The notes below the pieces were generated by a model. That model was not told the origin of the DNA. It worked only from the letters and a program-made list of their open reading frames with translations, and made no database searches. Of a DNA stretch of 64,000 nucleotides, positions 22,620 through 35,661 are shown one piece after another (the stretch's first letter is position 1; each line of letters opens with the position of its first letter). Source of the DNA: Macrostomum lignano (Eukaryota); assembly GCA_002269645.1 (NCBI GenBank), contig NIVC01000441.1, positions 124,001 through 188,000 on the forward strand, read 5' to 3'. The position numbers were made by a program, and so were the translations under genes.

Positions 22620-25494
22620 TATGAAACTGCTTCATAAAGAAGAACGAACAGTTGAATGAAGGCGACAAGGTGTGCGAACCAAGCTATTAGCTAAGCACCT
22701 GTCCCTAGCAACTAACTCAATATTTATAAGGCACAGGGGGAGGGAAGAGGAGAGGCATATAAGGAAATCACCGCTGCACAGAGAGCGTGTGCTAAGCTGC
22801 AATTCGAATCCATTTAATTATAATTAGCCAGTGCGTTTCAAATATTCAATTAAAGAGATTGATTATTGTATTTAGCCTTTGAACATTTCTAATCTCACAA
22901 GGAACTTACGAATTCTAATAAAATCAGCTTGTAAGTTAATTAAATTTTTATCAGAATTTTGCATGAGCATTTTGTGAGCTGAGTCATAAATCATCGCGAT
23001 TTAATTAACGTATGCAATCAGTTTTATGGAAAATGAATAATTAAACAGATAGAGTAGACTGATTGACACAACAGTATTAGACAAACTAATATCAATTAGA
23101 CCAGTCACCCACATAGATGTACATCTTCTACTTTTCAATTTGTACTAACATTAGCAAGACTAATTTGAGTTAATTATTAACTTTGATAGGTGCTCACAGC
23201 CCACTGAGGCTTTCACTGTGCCAATTTCAATTTGTTGAGTAGCCAAGTGAAATTTACTCCAGGTTTGAGTAGTGCAAGTGTAAATCGTATAAAAGACTTG
23301 CAAAAATATTCACAAAAACGCATCTGTTGACAGCTGCTGTCTAAAAATGACTTTAAAGATGCGCGTCGACCTACTGCCCTTCTGATTAAAAGTGCCGACA
23401 GCTCTAGCATGATATGGACGCTGGAATACTGAAACGTTTTCTGCCAATCTAGTCACCATTTGCGGACGCTGCCATGCTGAAATCAGCAGAGGAAAAATTC
23501 ACATCTGCAGACAGGCTAATCTTGCTGAGCAGCTGTCGATGGACAAGTGTGCAGCTGAGATTCAGGTGTTAAATACGCTGACAAGACAGTTAAAGCTTCT
23601 AGTGGATACTTTGAAGGCAAGAATGTTCAGCTGACAACTCGTGAAAAATTCTCTTTGACAGTAAGTTTTTGGCAGCACAAAGACCCAGCCTCGAATATTA
23701 GAGAAGCGAATCCCATTTCTACAGAGCAGTTCAGCAAGTTTCAATAGGAGTTAAGGCTAAGTCCAACATGTACTTTCAATCAATGCAGTATAATAGGGTG
23801 GTAAATTACTAAGAAGCTCATTAGTTGGAGCAGCTGAGACCAGATGAACAGCTGATGATCATGATGATCAAGATTAGGATTATCTAGATTATCTAATCAA
23901 TATTATATAATACCACTTTAGGATATTATCAGCCTTGTATAAAAAAGAAAAGGAACTATGATGCTACACAATTTTGTATTTTTGCTTTTACTTTTTACAG
24001 TCTCTTTTAATACAATAATTAAAAGCCATAACCCATATATGCTTGTATATAGTCTATGAAAATATCTGATAATAGTATTTCTATGGTGTACTTTTAACTC
24101 TTTTTATGCAAAACTTATTGTTTGCTATTTTTACTTAATTTGTTTATTAATTGAATACTAATGCAACAAATTTGGCTGCAAAAATATGGATATGGAATAT
24201 GGAATAGGAATAAGAATAAGGAAAGAGCTTGAAGAGCATTTACCTTGGACATTCATACTTGTAGATAAAAATGTATTTTATGCATAATAAATTATACTTT
24301 AGTATATCTACCACTGCTAGATCATATCTGCCAATATCCAAGGATTCATTAAGTTTCAAGTGCATATGAGACCCCAATCACATAGTCTAAATTTTAAAGC
24401 AGGAAGCTTATATATAAGCTTTGATAAGAAAGTTTATTTATAAAAGCTTGAGTACAAAAAGTTTTTAGAAATTTTGGCTAGACCTGGCCAATTTGCAGTC
24501 TATAGCAACAAAAGTGCATTAGCGCAACAAGAAATTTTTGAGGTAGGGCATATTTTTAAAGGAAAAGACCAAAGGTACAAGGGGCAAGCAAAGGGGATAG
24601 CTTTGAAGTTTGGCAAAATATATGCTTGGTTGCACTCCTTAATGTATTATAATAGTTCTACTATATTAATTTGATAGATAAGTCTAGTAAGAACTCAGAA
24701 TGGGATAGCAAATGGGTATTCAAGGTTGGAGCTAGCAACATTCAATTGGCCAAAGGAAGTGAACCCTAGTCTTATATAGCACTAGAATCAAAGCAATTAT
24801 CAATATGAATATTGCCACATATGATTTTTCCAAATATAAGAAAGACAAAATTCCTATATTTCTAGAAAAAGCAACACAATTGCAAAACAGTTGGAACAAA
24901 GAATTTGATATAGAGTAGCCAAATGTCAGGTAGGATAAAGTATGCAATCCAATTTATATAATATAGATTTTTTATAATTTACTTTATTTATCAATCAACT
25001 ATTATGGTTCTACTTGTAGTTTCATTGAATAAGCACATGATATATTTTTTATCAATATAAAAAGACTTAATCAATTTTTATAATAACTAATTCTCAATTT
25101 TTCAAACTAAAACTAAAATATTTGCATATTTTCATTACTAGGGTTTAGACATATGGCTTTGATATTAAGCTCCTTTTCTTGCAAGAGTTGAACAACTCTT
25201 GGAAGACTTGGACTTGTCATGGCTATTGTCAGTAGCTCCAAATTGCTCTATTAGTAAAAGAATATTTGTTATAACAAGTTAGGAAATGGTAAAAGAAGTT
25301 AGGTTTCTTGTTATATTTAACAATGTTTTATTCCATATCTATATAAATAACTAATATAATCAAAGTATAGATTGTAGTCTATCGCTATTTTGACATGTTT
25401 TTAAATTTTGCTTCTATATAATAGGCTACTTAGTGATGTGATGCATGACTAATTATCAAATTTGAAATGCTCTGCCCACTATACTAATGCCTCA

Positions 25495-25790
25495 GCAAGC
25501 TGGCACACTGATGGATATCAATGGAAATGTGATGGAACACACTATCTACCCAAATGAAAAGATGGTGTATCCTAAGCTTTTGCCTATCATTTTTGTACAC
25601 TTTCTGATGGAAATTGGAACCTAAAGTTTGGCAAAGTTGCATTTGTACCATTAAATCTATCAGGCTATGCTGCAATTCAATACGTTGGCATTGCTTCAGT
25701 GGCTAGCCCTATAAAGGTTCCTATTGCCAATGGTAACAATAGAGTCCAAACAAATCTTGTCATGCTGAAAGTGTTCAAAATATAGGTTAG
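25495..25790 (+). pseudogene. Decayed CG-1-like DNA-binding domain, probably a transposase relic
   Basis: Frame from 25495 reads ASWHTDGYQWKCDGTHYLPK*KDGVS*AFAYHFCTLSDGNWNLKFGKVAFVPLNLSGYAAIQYVGIASVA..., resembling CG-1/WRKY-GCM1-type W..DGY.W...LVHY motifs. It contains two stops. Confidence 0.45.
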
Positions 25791-27148
25791 GTTGGGTAGT
25801 GATCCTAAACAATGCTGCTCCAACCAAAATTGGCAAGGGAACAGCTTCTACAAAATCAATAGCAATGCCAAAGGAATTGTAGCTATAGCCTATAGTAGCC
25901 CTTTAGCATTGCTATAGCCATCTACCTAGCCCAAATGGTAGACATTTTGAAATCTGCAAATGGCAATTAATGCCAACTTCATAGCAATATTAGAAAAACT
26001 AGCAGGAACATTTTGAATGTCAGATTAACCAAATAAAAGACAAAAGCAATTTAATTAAGATAGCTATATGCTTACTACATTGAACAGAACTTCACCATAG
26101 CATCATGACTAAGATAAAGTGATTGATACCATTGAGCAACAGTATAATATTTGTGTGTGCAAAGTATTGCTACATGGAAAAGAGCTATCATCTATGTACT
26201 TTAGATTATCTATTAGTCTAGATAGGTCTACCAACAAGAATTATTATGTAATAAGGTTTGTTAGGTAGCTAGTTTGAATGGCCTATATCTTATTGTCAAT
26301 TGACTAAGTTTGTAATAAATTAATAGGGTAAATAATTAAAGTAGTTCATTATAAAGGAATTTAGGCTAAATTCTATAATTGGCTATCAATTCAACAAAGT
26401 ATATTCATAATCATTCCATGCAAAAACTTGGCTCTAAAAATAGAATTTAATAATATTATAGATCATCTTAACATTTTATATGATAGTTCTACTTTTACTA
26501 GATATAGTTATAAGTTTAGTATATATATAGGCTATAAGATAATAGAATACTAGACAATTTGCCAAACCTTTTTGCCAAAAGTCAATTTACCAAGTGTTCA
26601 TTAAATCATTCTTAGATTTTTTAAAGCATTAATCATTTTACTAGTAGGATAACTAAGAGTATTTCAAAGAACTTGCTAGGTTAAGAGACCCTCTAATCTT
26701 GATAATGCCCAGACTGGAAAAAAAGTACATATACCAATAAGACCACTTCGGCCACATAGTATAGGAACGCTACCAGAATGCTATTAAGAACACTAACAGA
26801 ATGCTACCAAGAATGCTACTAAGAATGCTACTAGAATTTTACTAAAATTTAAGATTAATAGGATAATAGGATTTAGTAGGTCTACAGTTTATAGGATATT
26901 TAAAAAGACAGAGGAAAGCACCCTGTCACAGCTAGTAGCATCAGTGGAATTTATAATACAGAGAAGAAAGATGCCTATCACAATGTTTTATCTATATATA
27001 TTTAGGCCTATATTTAAATGATTGTATAAAGAATGTATGATAGGCCTACAATGTACTATAATATAACAACAAGTAAATTTGTACTAGTAGCATGGCCTAG
27101 TCACAGTCAGAGTCAGGTGCCAATAGAATGCTTAAAAGCAGTTGTGGC

Positions 27149-28116
27149 CAGTGTTGGGCACCAATCTATTTATTAAGCATTAATCTGTTAATAAGCATTA
27201 ATAAACAATAAACATCAAGATTTTTTATTAACATTGATGGACTGTCATTAACATTTTTTGAACTAATAGATTAACAAATTTGCATTAATAATTTTGTGAG
27301 TTAATGACAAATTCATTGTTAATGTTAATGACAAAAGACACAAAGAAGGAAGAAACATTTAAGTCTGATAAGATGTTACAACATTACAAATAAATTTAAA
27401 TTTATATAAATGCCTAATTAATCTCATTGTTTATGACAACTGATCATAGAAATATAACAACTTACTAATGAACTTTAATATTAAATTAAAATTGTGAACT
27501 TTATTGCTTGTGCATGAGCATCAATTGCTTTGATTCACTTCTTTGTCAATCTTTCATAACTTTCTACTGCATATGCTAATGCTATTAAAATAATCTTTTT
27601 ATTTCTATTTTATTATTTACCAATTAGCTTTTGAGTTTTAAGTAAAAAAGTTACAGGTATTTCTTTTACTATATGCTTACTTTTAGTAGTATTATAGGCC
27701 TACATACCAGTTTTTACAATTATTATTTACCACTTTTTAACTTATTAATCACTTAGATAACCTCTGTGTTTTGTTAAAAAGATAGAAAAGCTAAGACAAT
27801 GCATATGAAGTCTGTTTTGAAAAAAAAGTAGAAGATTGTGGTATTTTCTATGGCTGTGCTAACTTTAATAGATTAGTACTTATTAATAATTATCAATTAA
27901 TTTTTAGTTAACTAAAAAACCAATGTTAAAATGTATATAGTAGGAATAGGGTGGCTGTATACTGGACAACAAAATTATAGGGTAGCTGACCAAGGGATGA
28001 GGGGTAAGTGAGTCATCATGCAGAATCATACACATGTCTATGTACGTTTTAACATTGGTTTTAATGTCAGTAAAAACTGATTGGCCAAAGTCATTTTCAT
28101 ATGGTGCCCAACACTG
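27149..28116. mobile_element. Non-autonomous hAT-type element (MITE), 968 bp
   Basis: 15-bp TIR CAGTGTTGGGCACCA / TGGTGCCCAACACTG with 8-bp flanks GTTGTGGC (27141-27148) and GCTGTGGC (28117-28124), a 7/8 TSD match. An 8-bp TSD is the hAT hallmark. No internal ORF. Confidence 0.8.
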
Positions 28117-28739
28117 GCTGTGGCCAAAGAAAATCCTTTATATCCTAAAAATGAGTTGTTTGTGTGTATGTATGCAGCTGTGTGATTGATTAGAGAAAAA
28201 TGGCTCAACCAATTTTTTTTTAAACTTGCACCATTTGATCAGAAATTTTTCTGGGATGGTACATGCATCTTGGCTAAGAAATTGCTCAATGTTAAAGGGA
28301 TTAAATATTCAAAAAACATGCTTTTTTGCAAAGGTCAAGCAAATTTTTGTCTTGAAATGCATTGTAAGAATGCTAGATAAAAACCTGATTAACTGAATTT
28401 CAATTCTGATAAAGATTGCATGACAACAAGTTGAAAACAGTGCCAAAGAAATGCATCCACAACTTAATTTAAATTGCGTAACCAATATGGCTTACTTGAT
28501 TTGAGATTAATACTGGCTGACTGAGAAATTGATTGTCATAAATTTTTACTCTAACTGACTTGCTGTAAGAATTGAATTATAAGGGCAACAATTTATGTTC
28601 TCCAATTGAAAAAAAGACAGCCTAGATGCGAACAGACTGGACTGCTAATGTAGCAACTTGGGTTTGAATCTTAGTAGTGCAAAATGCTTTTTTTATTAAA
28701 ACACTTTAAAGCACAAAATGCTAAACATAAGAGAAGCCC

Positions 28740-29560
28740 AATGTCAAACATAAAAGTGGCACCATGTCAAACATTATAGAGCCACCATGTCGAACATTAA
28801 AGAGCCACCATGTTGAACATTAAAGAGCTACCATGTCAACCATTAAAGAGCTACCATGTCAAACATTAAAGAGCCACCATGTCAAGCATAAAAGAGCCAC
28901 CATTTCAAGCATAAAAGAGCCACCATGTCAAACATATACATGACTCCATGCCAAACATATATGTGATTCTATGTCAAACATTAAAGAGCCCACCATGTCA
29001 AACATTAAAGAGCCACCATGTTAAACATTAAAGAGCTACCATGTCAAACATATACATGACTTCATGTCAAACAATAAAAATATACTATGCCAAACATAAA
29101 AGAGCCACCATGTCGAACATAAAAGAGCCACCATGCCAAACATAAAAGAGCCACCATGTCAAGCATAAAAGAGCCACCATGCCAAACATAAAAGAGCCAC
29201 CATGTCAAGCATAAAAGAGCCACCATGTCAAACATTAAAGAGCCACCATATTGAACATTAAAGAGCCACCATACCAAACATAAAAGAACCACCATATTTA
29301 ACATGTCAAACACCATGTCAAACACTAAAGAGCCACCATGTCAAACATAAAGAACCACCATGTTAAACATATACGTGATTCCATGTCAAACATAAAAAAG
29401 CCACCATGTCAAACATTAAAGAGCTACCATTTCAAGCATAAAAGAGCCACCATGTCAACCATTAAAGAGCCACCATGTCAAACATTAAAGAGCCACCATG
29501 CCAAAAATAATAGAGCACCATGTCAAACATAAAAGAGCCACCATGTTGAAAATAAAAGAG
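28740..29560 (+). repeat. ~24-bp degenerate minisatellite AAAGAGCCACCATGTCAAACATT
   Basis: About 33 diverged units. Confidence 0.9.
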
Positions 29561-29698
29561 CCACAGAGAACAGAGATTCTATTTAGATATCCCCTATCGG
29601 GGGGGGCAAAAATTGGGTTTCAACATACTTCGGCAAAAGAATTTTCAGCAAAAGTCAATAATGGCAAAAAATACTTTCACAATGACCATTTTGTCTAA

Positions 29699-29960
29699 GG
29701 GCCTTTTCATATTGTTTGTTCTGGTTCCAGAACCAGAACCAATTTGTGAAGTATAACTTTTTGTCTCCATAACTATAGGGAGATCCATGCTATAAAGTTT
29801 TTATTATTGAATGACAATTGCCAAGAAAAAATTGAAAAATTGTGCTAAGTGAGGTTGTTAAGGCAGTCAAACATTCAACAGAATTAAAAAGTTATACTGC
29901 TGTTTTTCTTGGAAGATCCGAACCAATTCTGATTCTGGAATTGGTAATATGAAAAGCCTT
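29699..29960 (+). mobile_element. 262-bp MITE, copy 1 (PIF/Harbinger-like, 3-bp TSD)
   Basis: Ends GGGCCTTTTCATATT ... AATATGAAAAGCCTT, flanked by TAA/TAA. It is a near reverse complement of 30911-31172. Confidence 0.75.
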
Positions 29961-30910
29961 TAAAGCTGGCCATTTCGGCAAAAAATTTATTCCAAGCTCT
30001 GCTGAAGAGTTTTTTGTTTTAGAAGAAAGTTAAAAAGAAAAATGACAAACTTTATAAGGATTAGGCCTAGGCCCTAATTTTATCGTGACATGTTATTGTT
30101 TTGTCATAGTTTAATTTAGTTGTTTTATTAGATGTCCTTCTGTGCCTGGATGTACTAATCTGAAAAACCATACTGTCATCATCCCCAAATCTTTCGACTA
30201 TATATCGATAGATTGCATGTACAATCTGTACATAACATAGCTTAGCTATGAGCTAAGTCATGAGTTTTTAAATTTTCTAACTGCAAAAAATTTGCAGCAA
30301 TGAACAATTTATTAAAAGCTGCAATCACTAAAGTGGTATATTTACAATATATACATGTACGTAGCCCATCTTTTTGCCGAACTGGTCACTTTCTTTTGCC
30401 GAAATGAACATCTATTGAAACTTAAAATTCACTTTTGCCGAAGCAAGAATTCCTTCGCTGAAATGGGCTTCACTCAAAGATTTCTAGTTGTTGGCTAGGC
30501 CTAAAGATTTTTGGCACCGTTTACTAATAAAAAATTACAAACTGCTGCTCTCCCAGCGTCTCATTGAATAAAGTTATTTTCCATTTTACCTGAATATCAC
30601 CGGAATAATAAATGTAAAAATAGTACTAAGTAGATAGAGTAGAGCCTACTCAAAGGTCATATTCTCTGAAGCTTCTCTCGGAAACGTCTGTCCACAAAAT
30701 GAGTGTGACTATTACAGACCACTCACAATTCCCTGAGCTTTTGAGTGCGATTGTGAGATGCGACACGTGATATTTAATGTTTAGGTGCAATAGGAGCACA
30801 AAAGTTTTTACTTTCTTTATAGCCTACACAAACTATTTAGAGACAATCCGAAATGTAATAGTTTAAATTTCGGAACTGAACTGAGAACGGATCCGGTCAA
30901 TGTTTTTATT

Positions 30911-31172
30911 GAGGCTTTTCATTTTACCAATTCCAGAATCAGAATCGGTTCGGATCTTCCAAGAAAAACAGCAGTATAACTATTTAATTCTGTTGAATGT
31001 TTGACTGCCTTAACAACCTCACTTAGCACAATTTTTCACTTTATTCTTGGCGATTGTCATTCAATAAAAACAACTTTATAGCACGTATCTCCCTGTAGTT
31101 ATGGAGACTTAAAGTTATACTTCACAAATTGGTTCTGGTTCTGGAACCAGAACAAGCAATATGAAAAGGCCC
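30911..31172 (-). mobile_element. 262-bp MITE, copy 2 (inverted relative to copy 1)
   Basis: Same length and internal sequence as 29699-29960 in reverse orientation, flanked by ATT/ATT. Confidence 0.75.
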
Positions 31173-31573
31173 ATTGTCAAATATTAAAGATTGTTAAAAA
31201 GATTTAAAGATTCTTGTTGTCAGCATTTAGAAAGTAAAACAAAACATTCTTTTTTTCTACCGTCTGAGTCATATAGAGATCTTGTTTGTTAGTATTCTTT
31301 AAAACTTATATAAAGTGAGTTTTTCGCTTTTAAAATTTTATCTGAACTTCGTAGACTTAGTCAACTTTTTGGTTCCGATTTAACAAGGAAACAAATTCAC
31401 CGATTTTCCTATACTATGTGTACAGTGTGTACAGTAGGTCATGACAGTTGGTATGTATGGGCTTCTACCTAACAGACATTCAGACAATTGCAAAAGGGAT
31501 AGACTGCAAGCTAAAAAGATCCAGTAGATTATTTTTTAACATCCGTACGAATATATGTCTGGAAACCTACATA

Positions 31574-32492
31574 CGAGGTGTGGCCAAAAAGTAACGAGAA
31601 TTCAGCTACAAAAACTTTCAGAACAAAAAATTGCAAATTCAGTCAACTGCAGCCTTCAAAGTAATTGCCGCCACTCTCAACGCATCGCCTCAATCGCTGG
31701 TGCCAGCTCCTGATGCAGCCCTGGTAGTCCTCCTTCGTGATGCCTCTCAGCACCCCTGTCACGCTCTCCTTGATGGCGTCCAAGTATTCAAATCTGGATC
31801 CTTTGAGTACCTGCTTCACCTTGGGAAAGAGCCAGAAATCGCTCGGCGCCATATCCGGTGAATAAGGTGGGTGGCTCAACTCTGCGACCTGTCTTTTGGC
31901 CAAAAACTATCTCACTGAGAGTGCTTTGAGAGAGCAACTTTGGCACCATCTTCGCACACAGCTTCCTCATGCTAAGATCTTCGACAATAATGTTTCTGAC
32001 TGACTCCTTGGCCATGCCCAACTCAGCAGCGATCATTCTGATGGTAAGACGTCGATCAGCATGAACCAAATCTCGCACCCTGGACACATTCTCATCAGTT
32101 CTTGCAGTCGAGGGTTGTCCAGTCTTCTGAATGTCATCGACACTCTCCCGTCCATCCTGGAATCGCTTGTGCCACTCATACACCCTCGCCTGAGACATAG
32201 CATCATCTCCGTACACCTCACGAAGTAGCTGGAGGCATTCCGATGGCTTCTTGCCAAGTTTCACCAAAAACTTGATGTTGACTCGTTGCTCGTTGTTCAT
32301 TTTGTGACACAGCAGTATGACAGCTATAATTAAAAATAATAAAAAAATTATGAAAAACAAAACAATTTGGCAAAATACTGATTTCTATAAACACTGAGAA
32401 GCTGAGCTTCAAGGAGACATCGTTTGATTTTAGTAAAAGCTCGTATTTTCAGATTTAAACAGTAATTCTCGTTACTTTTTGGCCACACCTCG
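31574..32492 (-). mobile_element. Mariner (Tc1/mariner DD34D) transposon, internally deleted, probably irritans-like subfamily
   Basis: Perfect TIR CGAGGTGTGGCCAAAAAGTAACGAGAATT / AATTCTCGTTACTTTTTGGCCACACCTCG with TA on both sides. The length is 919 bp versus ~1.3 kb typical for full-length mariners. Confidence 0.95.
31643..32300 (-). pseudogene. Mariner transposase pseudogene
   Basis: MNNEQRVNIKFLVKLGK...KLCAKMVPKLLSQ is joined out of frame near 31925 to ALSVR*FLAK...HPPYSPDMAPSDFWLFPKVK...GNYFE. The segment carrying the first two catalytic Asp residues is missing and there is an in-frame TAG. Confidence 0.9.
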
Positions 32493-35400
32493 TACATATA
32501 CTGTTGGTAAAATAATTAAATACCAAATAGTCAATAGCAATTAGCAAAGCGAATCCTATCGTATTATTAGGTCTATGCTAAAAATGTTTTAAATGTTCTG
32601 TTCAATAAAAAATTTCAAATAAAAAACTCCGATCCCTTGGAAGTCAAACCTTGCTACGCCTACACGCAATCACAAGGCAATTGACATATCCACTCAGCCA
32701 CTGTTGGCTTATCAGAGAGCTCTACAGAATACGCATTTTATATCGATGATTATAGCCATGCCTATAAGCTCAAATATTATAGACACGGCCGCCACCAAGG
32801 TTTGCCCTCAATGCTTTTTTCTTGTAGCACATTGAGCCACATAGCAAATTTTGTCTGCCTTGCCTTCCTAGGGCCTAATGCTTAGTAGGCCTAAGTCTTA
32901 ATAAAGAGATTTTTATAATCAAAATGTTTTGATAGTAGCCTAACTGCATAGGCCTATTAAATGCATATTTTTGGGGGTAGGTAATGCAGACAGAATCTAG
33001 CTGCCAAATTTGCTGCAGGAAAAAAGCATTGTAGGCAAAACTTGGCAGGAAAAAAACTTGGCATGCAATTTCATGCATGCATGCTTGGCATGCTTGCAGG
33101 CAATTCACTGGCAAACAAATTGCATTGCAGGCAAATCTCTATGGGCAATTCACTCACAGGAAAAATTCATTGTGGGCAAATCTCATTCCATTCTACTAGT
33201 TATCTTATTATCTATTTTAGGGCCTTTAATTTTGTCATATTTATTGCTATTTCACTATCTACTTTATAATTAGCAAAATGACATTGCTATAATGTTACAT
33301 TGTATAAACATAGCATGATAACCAAAAATGTTATAGGCCTATATGGCTATTTTGACATAGGCCTATATCCAACATGGTTCTTTCTAAGGACTACTGAAAT
33401 AGGATAAAAAGCCTTGTTTCTTAGAAAAATATTAACAATTTTTTCAAAACATATATTACAAAATTAAGACTCATTTTTATTATAAAAACTGTTATTGCTT
33501 TTGTTGATAAGAGACAGACCCAATGTCTATCTTGGGTAGTCCTTGGGTTCCCTTTAGTATTCAACTATACATGTTTTTAAGGACATTTCATTTAAAAATG
33601 TATAGTTCCTTTTTGATAATGACCTATTTTATTAAAAGCTAAAAATACTAGCCTAGAATGTTTATTTTTAATCTAACTTTGAAATCATGCAGATATCTAC
33701 TTTCTACTATTAAATAAAATGATTAAATAACATATAAAAAAGGTTGTTGACTAAATGTAGGCATGCCAAAACAATTTTCAGACTAATGAAAAATCAAAAA
33801 AAGATAAAGCACCACCTGTGAATTATTAAAATCAGTGATTAAAAGTATAAACCTATAATTAGCATTATAAAGAGAGGCAATATTAGTAGAAACATGGCAC
33901 AATAGCTAAATGTTAAAGCTAAGGCCTGTTTGGCTTTGGTTGTGTTTGTGGTTTTAAAGTTGTTCCACATATGCAGTTTTATGCCATAGTGAGGTGGGGG
34001 CAGAGAAGAATTTTTCTTGGAAACTCTCGGGTTTTGAAAATTTGCAGACACCAGTGAGGTGGGGCAGATTCCTTGTTTGAATTGCCACCAATGTTGAGTT
34101 CGCACAAATTAAATCTGGAAAATCACGCAGACGAATCACAACAGATTTTTTCTCCTTTTACTCCGACAGCCAGGTTCTCAAGTCCAGGGGGAGGGTAGTT
34201 GTAATCGTAGCAGAGCGGTCGTTAAGCGGCACGGTTGTTCAGTTGGTAGACACTGGAAATTTTGACACCATAAAATAATGTCTATCAATTTTGTCAAACT
34301 TGTTACTATCAGTAGGGTAGTTGCTGCCACCACCGTAATTTACGTACCTGGTATGGGCTTAATGAACGAACTGTTAAATTTGATTAAGTAGCTGTTTATT
34401 GAAACTGACAATTTGGGATAAATATTAATTATTGACAAGAGTTGGCCCAACAGCGATATGTATCCGGCATGCCAGTGCTAAATATACTAGAGTTTAAATG
34501 TAAACACAAGCAAGTATGAAAAGAGGCAACAAAGGAAATAAAACAAAAAATAGCAATAGAGAAGAGGGTGAAATGCAGGAAAAACAACAACATGAAAAAT
34601 TTAGGCATCAATTTTGCCATATAAATATTCATAAAACCAGCCAGGGGGTAGGGCACCTGGGAAACAGTAGGTGGAAAATGAGTTGCCACTGCCTGATTCC
34701 ACAACTGGCCGTAACTTAAACAATAACAAAAAAGAGGAATTGAGAAGTTTACGTCGCATGGGGCCACAGTTGGGGCAAAACATGGGAGACGAAACATCAG
34801 GTAGGGCAGCGCTTGGGCTATCAAGTGGCATGACGTCAGGAGTAATGAAACAATTCATGCCATAACAAATTCACACAAAAATATTTATAAAATTGTTACA
34901 CAAATATTAAGAACTTCAAGCAAAATGAGCAAAATCAATAGGGGGAGTTCACTGGGGCAAATATTCGATTCACCAGTCAATCATTCGTGGTAGACGCAAC
35001 TACCACAATAGTTTAATTAAATAAAACAAAGACTTCTACTTACTTGTAAATGTACATCTTATATTATTTGTTATTTAATTTAAAGTATATTTATAAAAAT
35101 TACCAATTGGTTTCAACAATGTATTTTAACTCAATATTAAAAAATTAAAAAATATATTAGAATTTAAAGTTTATATAGTTAACCTAGATCAACCTATAGA
35201 TACTTATACAATAAACAAGGTATAAAGTATAATTCAATAATTAAAATATACATAATGACTTTGTATTTCAAGCATAATGACTTGAATTACTAGGATGATA
35301 CAAATCTTATAATTTCACAAGAACTATTCAAAAAACTTTGACCCTGTTTAATGTTTAAGGTATTTCAGTGATTTATTACTCCTGAAACTGCATATTTACA

Positions 35401-35661
35401 TTAAATCAATTGTAAGATTTGGTATTTTTCATAACTTAGTTGTAGATATATCTTCTTTCTTCTAATTTGGTTTTACAGACAGCATTTAGTGTGGCTATTG
35501 AAAAAAGTAAAATTGTAAAAACAGTAAAAATGTATAGTATCTGTGCACTAATTAGATGACGAAGCATTTACTTATCTAAATACTGTTATAGTTACTCCTG
35601 TTGTTTACCCACAACTTGATGATTAATGCTAAATGATATTTGGCGTAATTCATGCTCAGCC

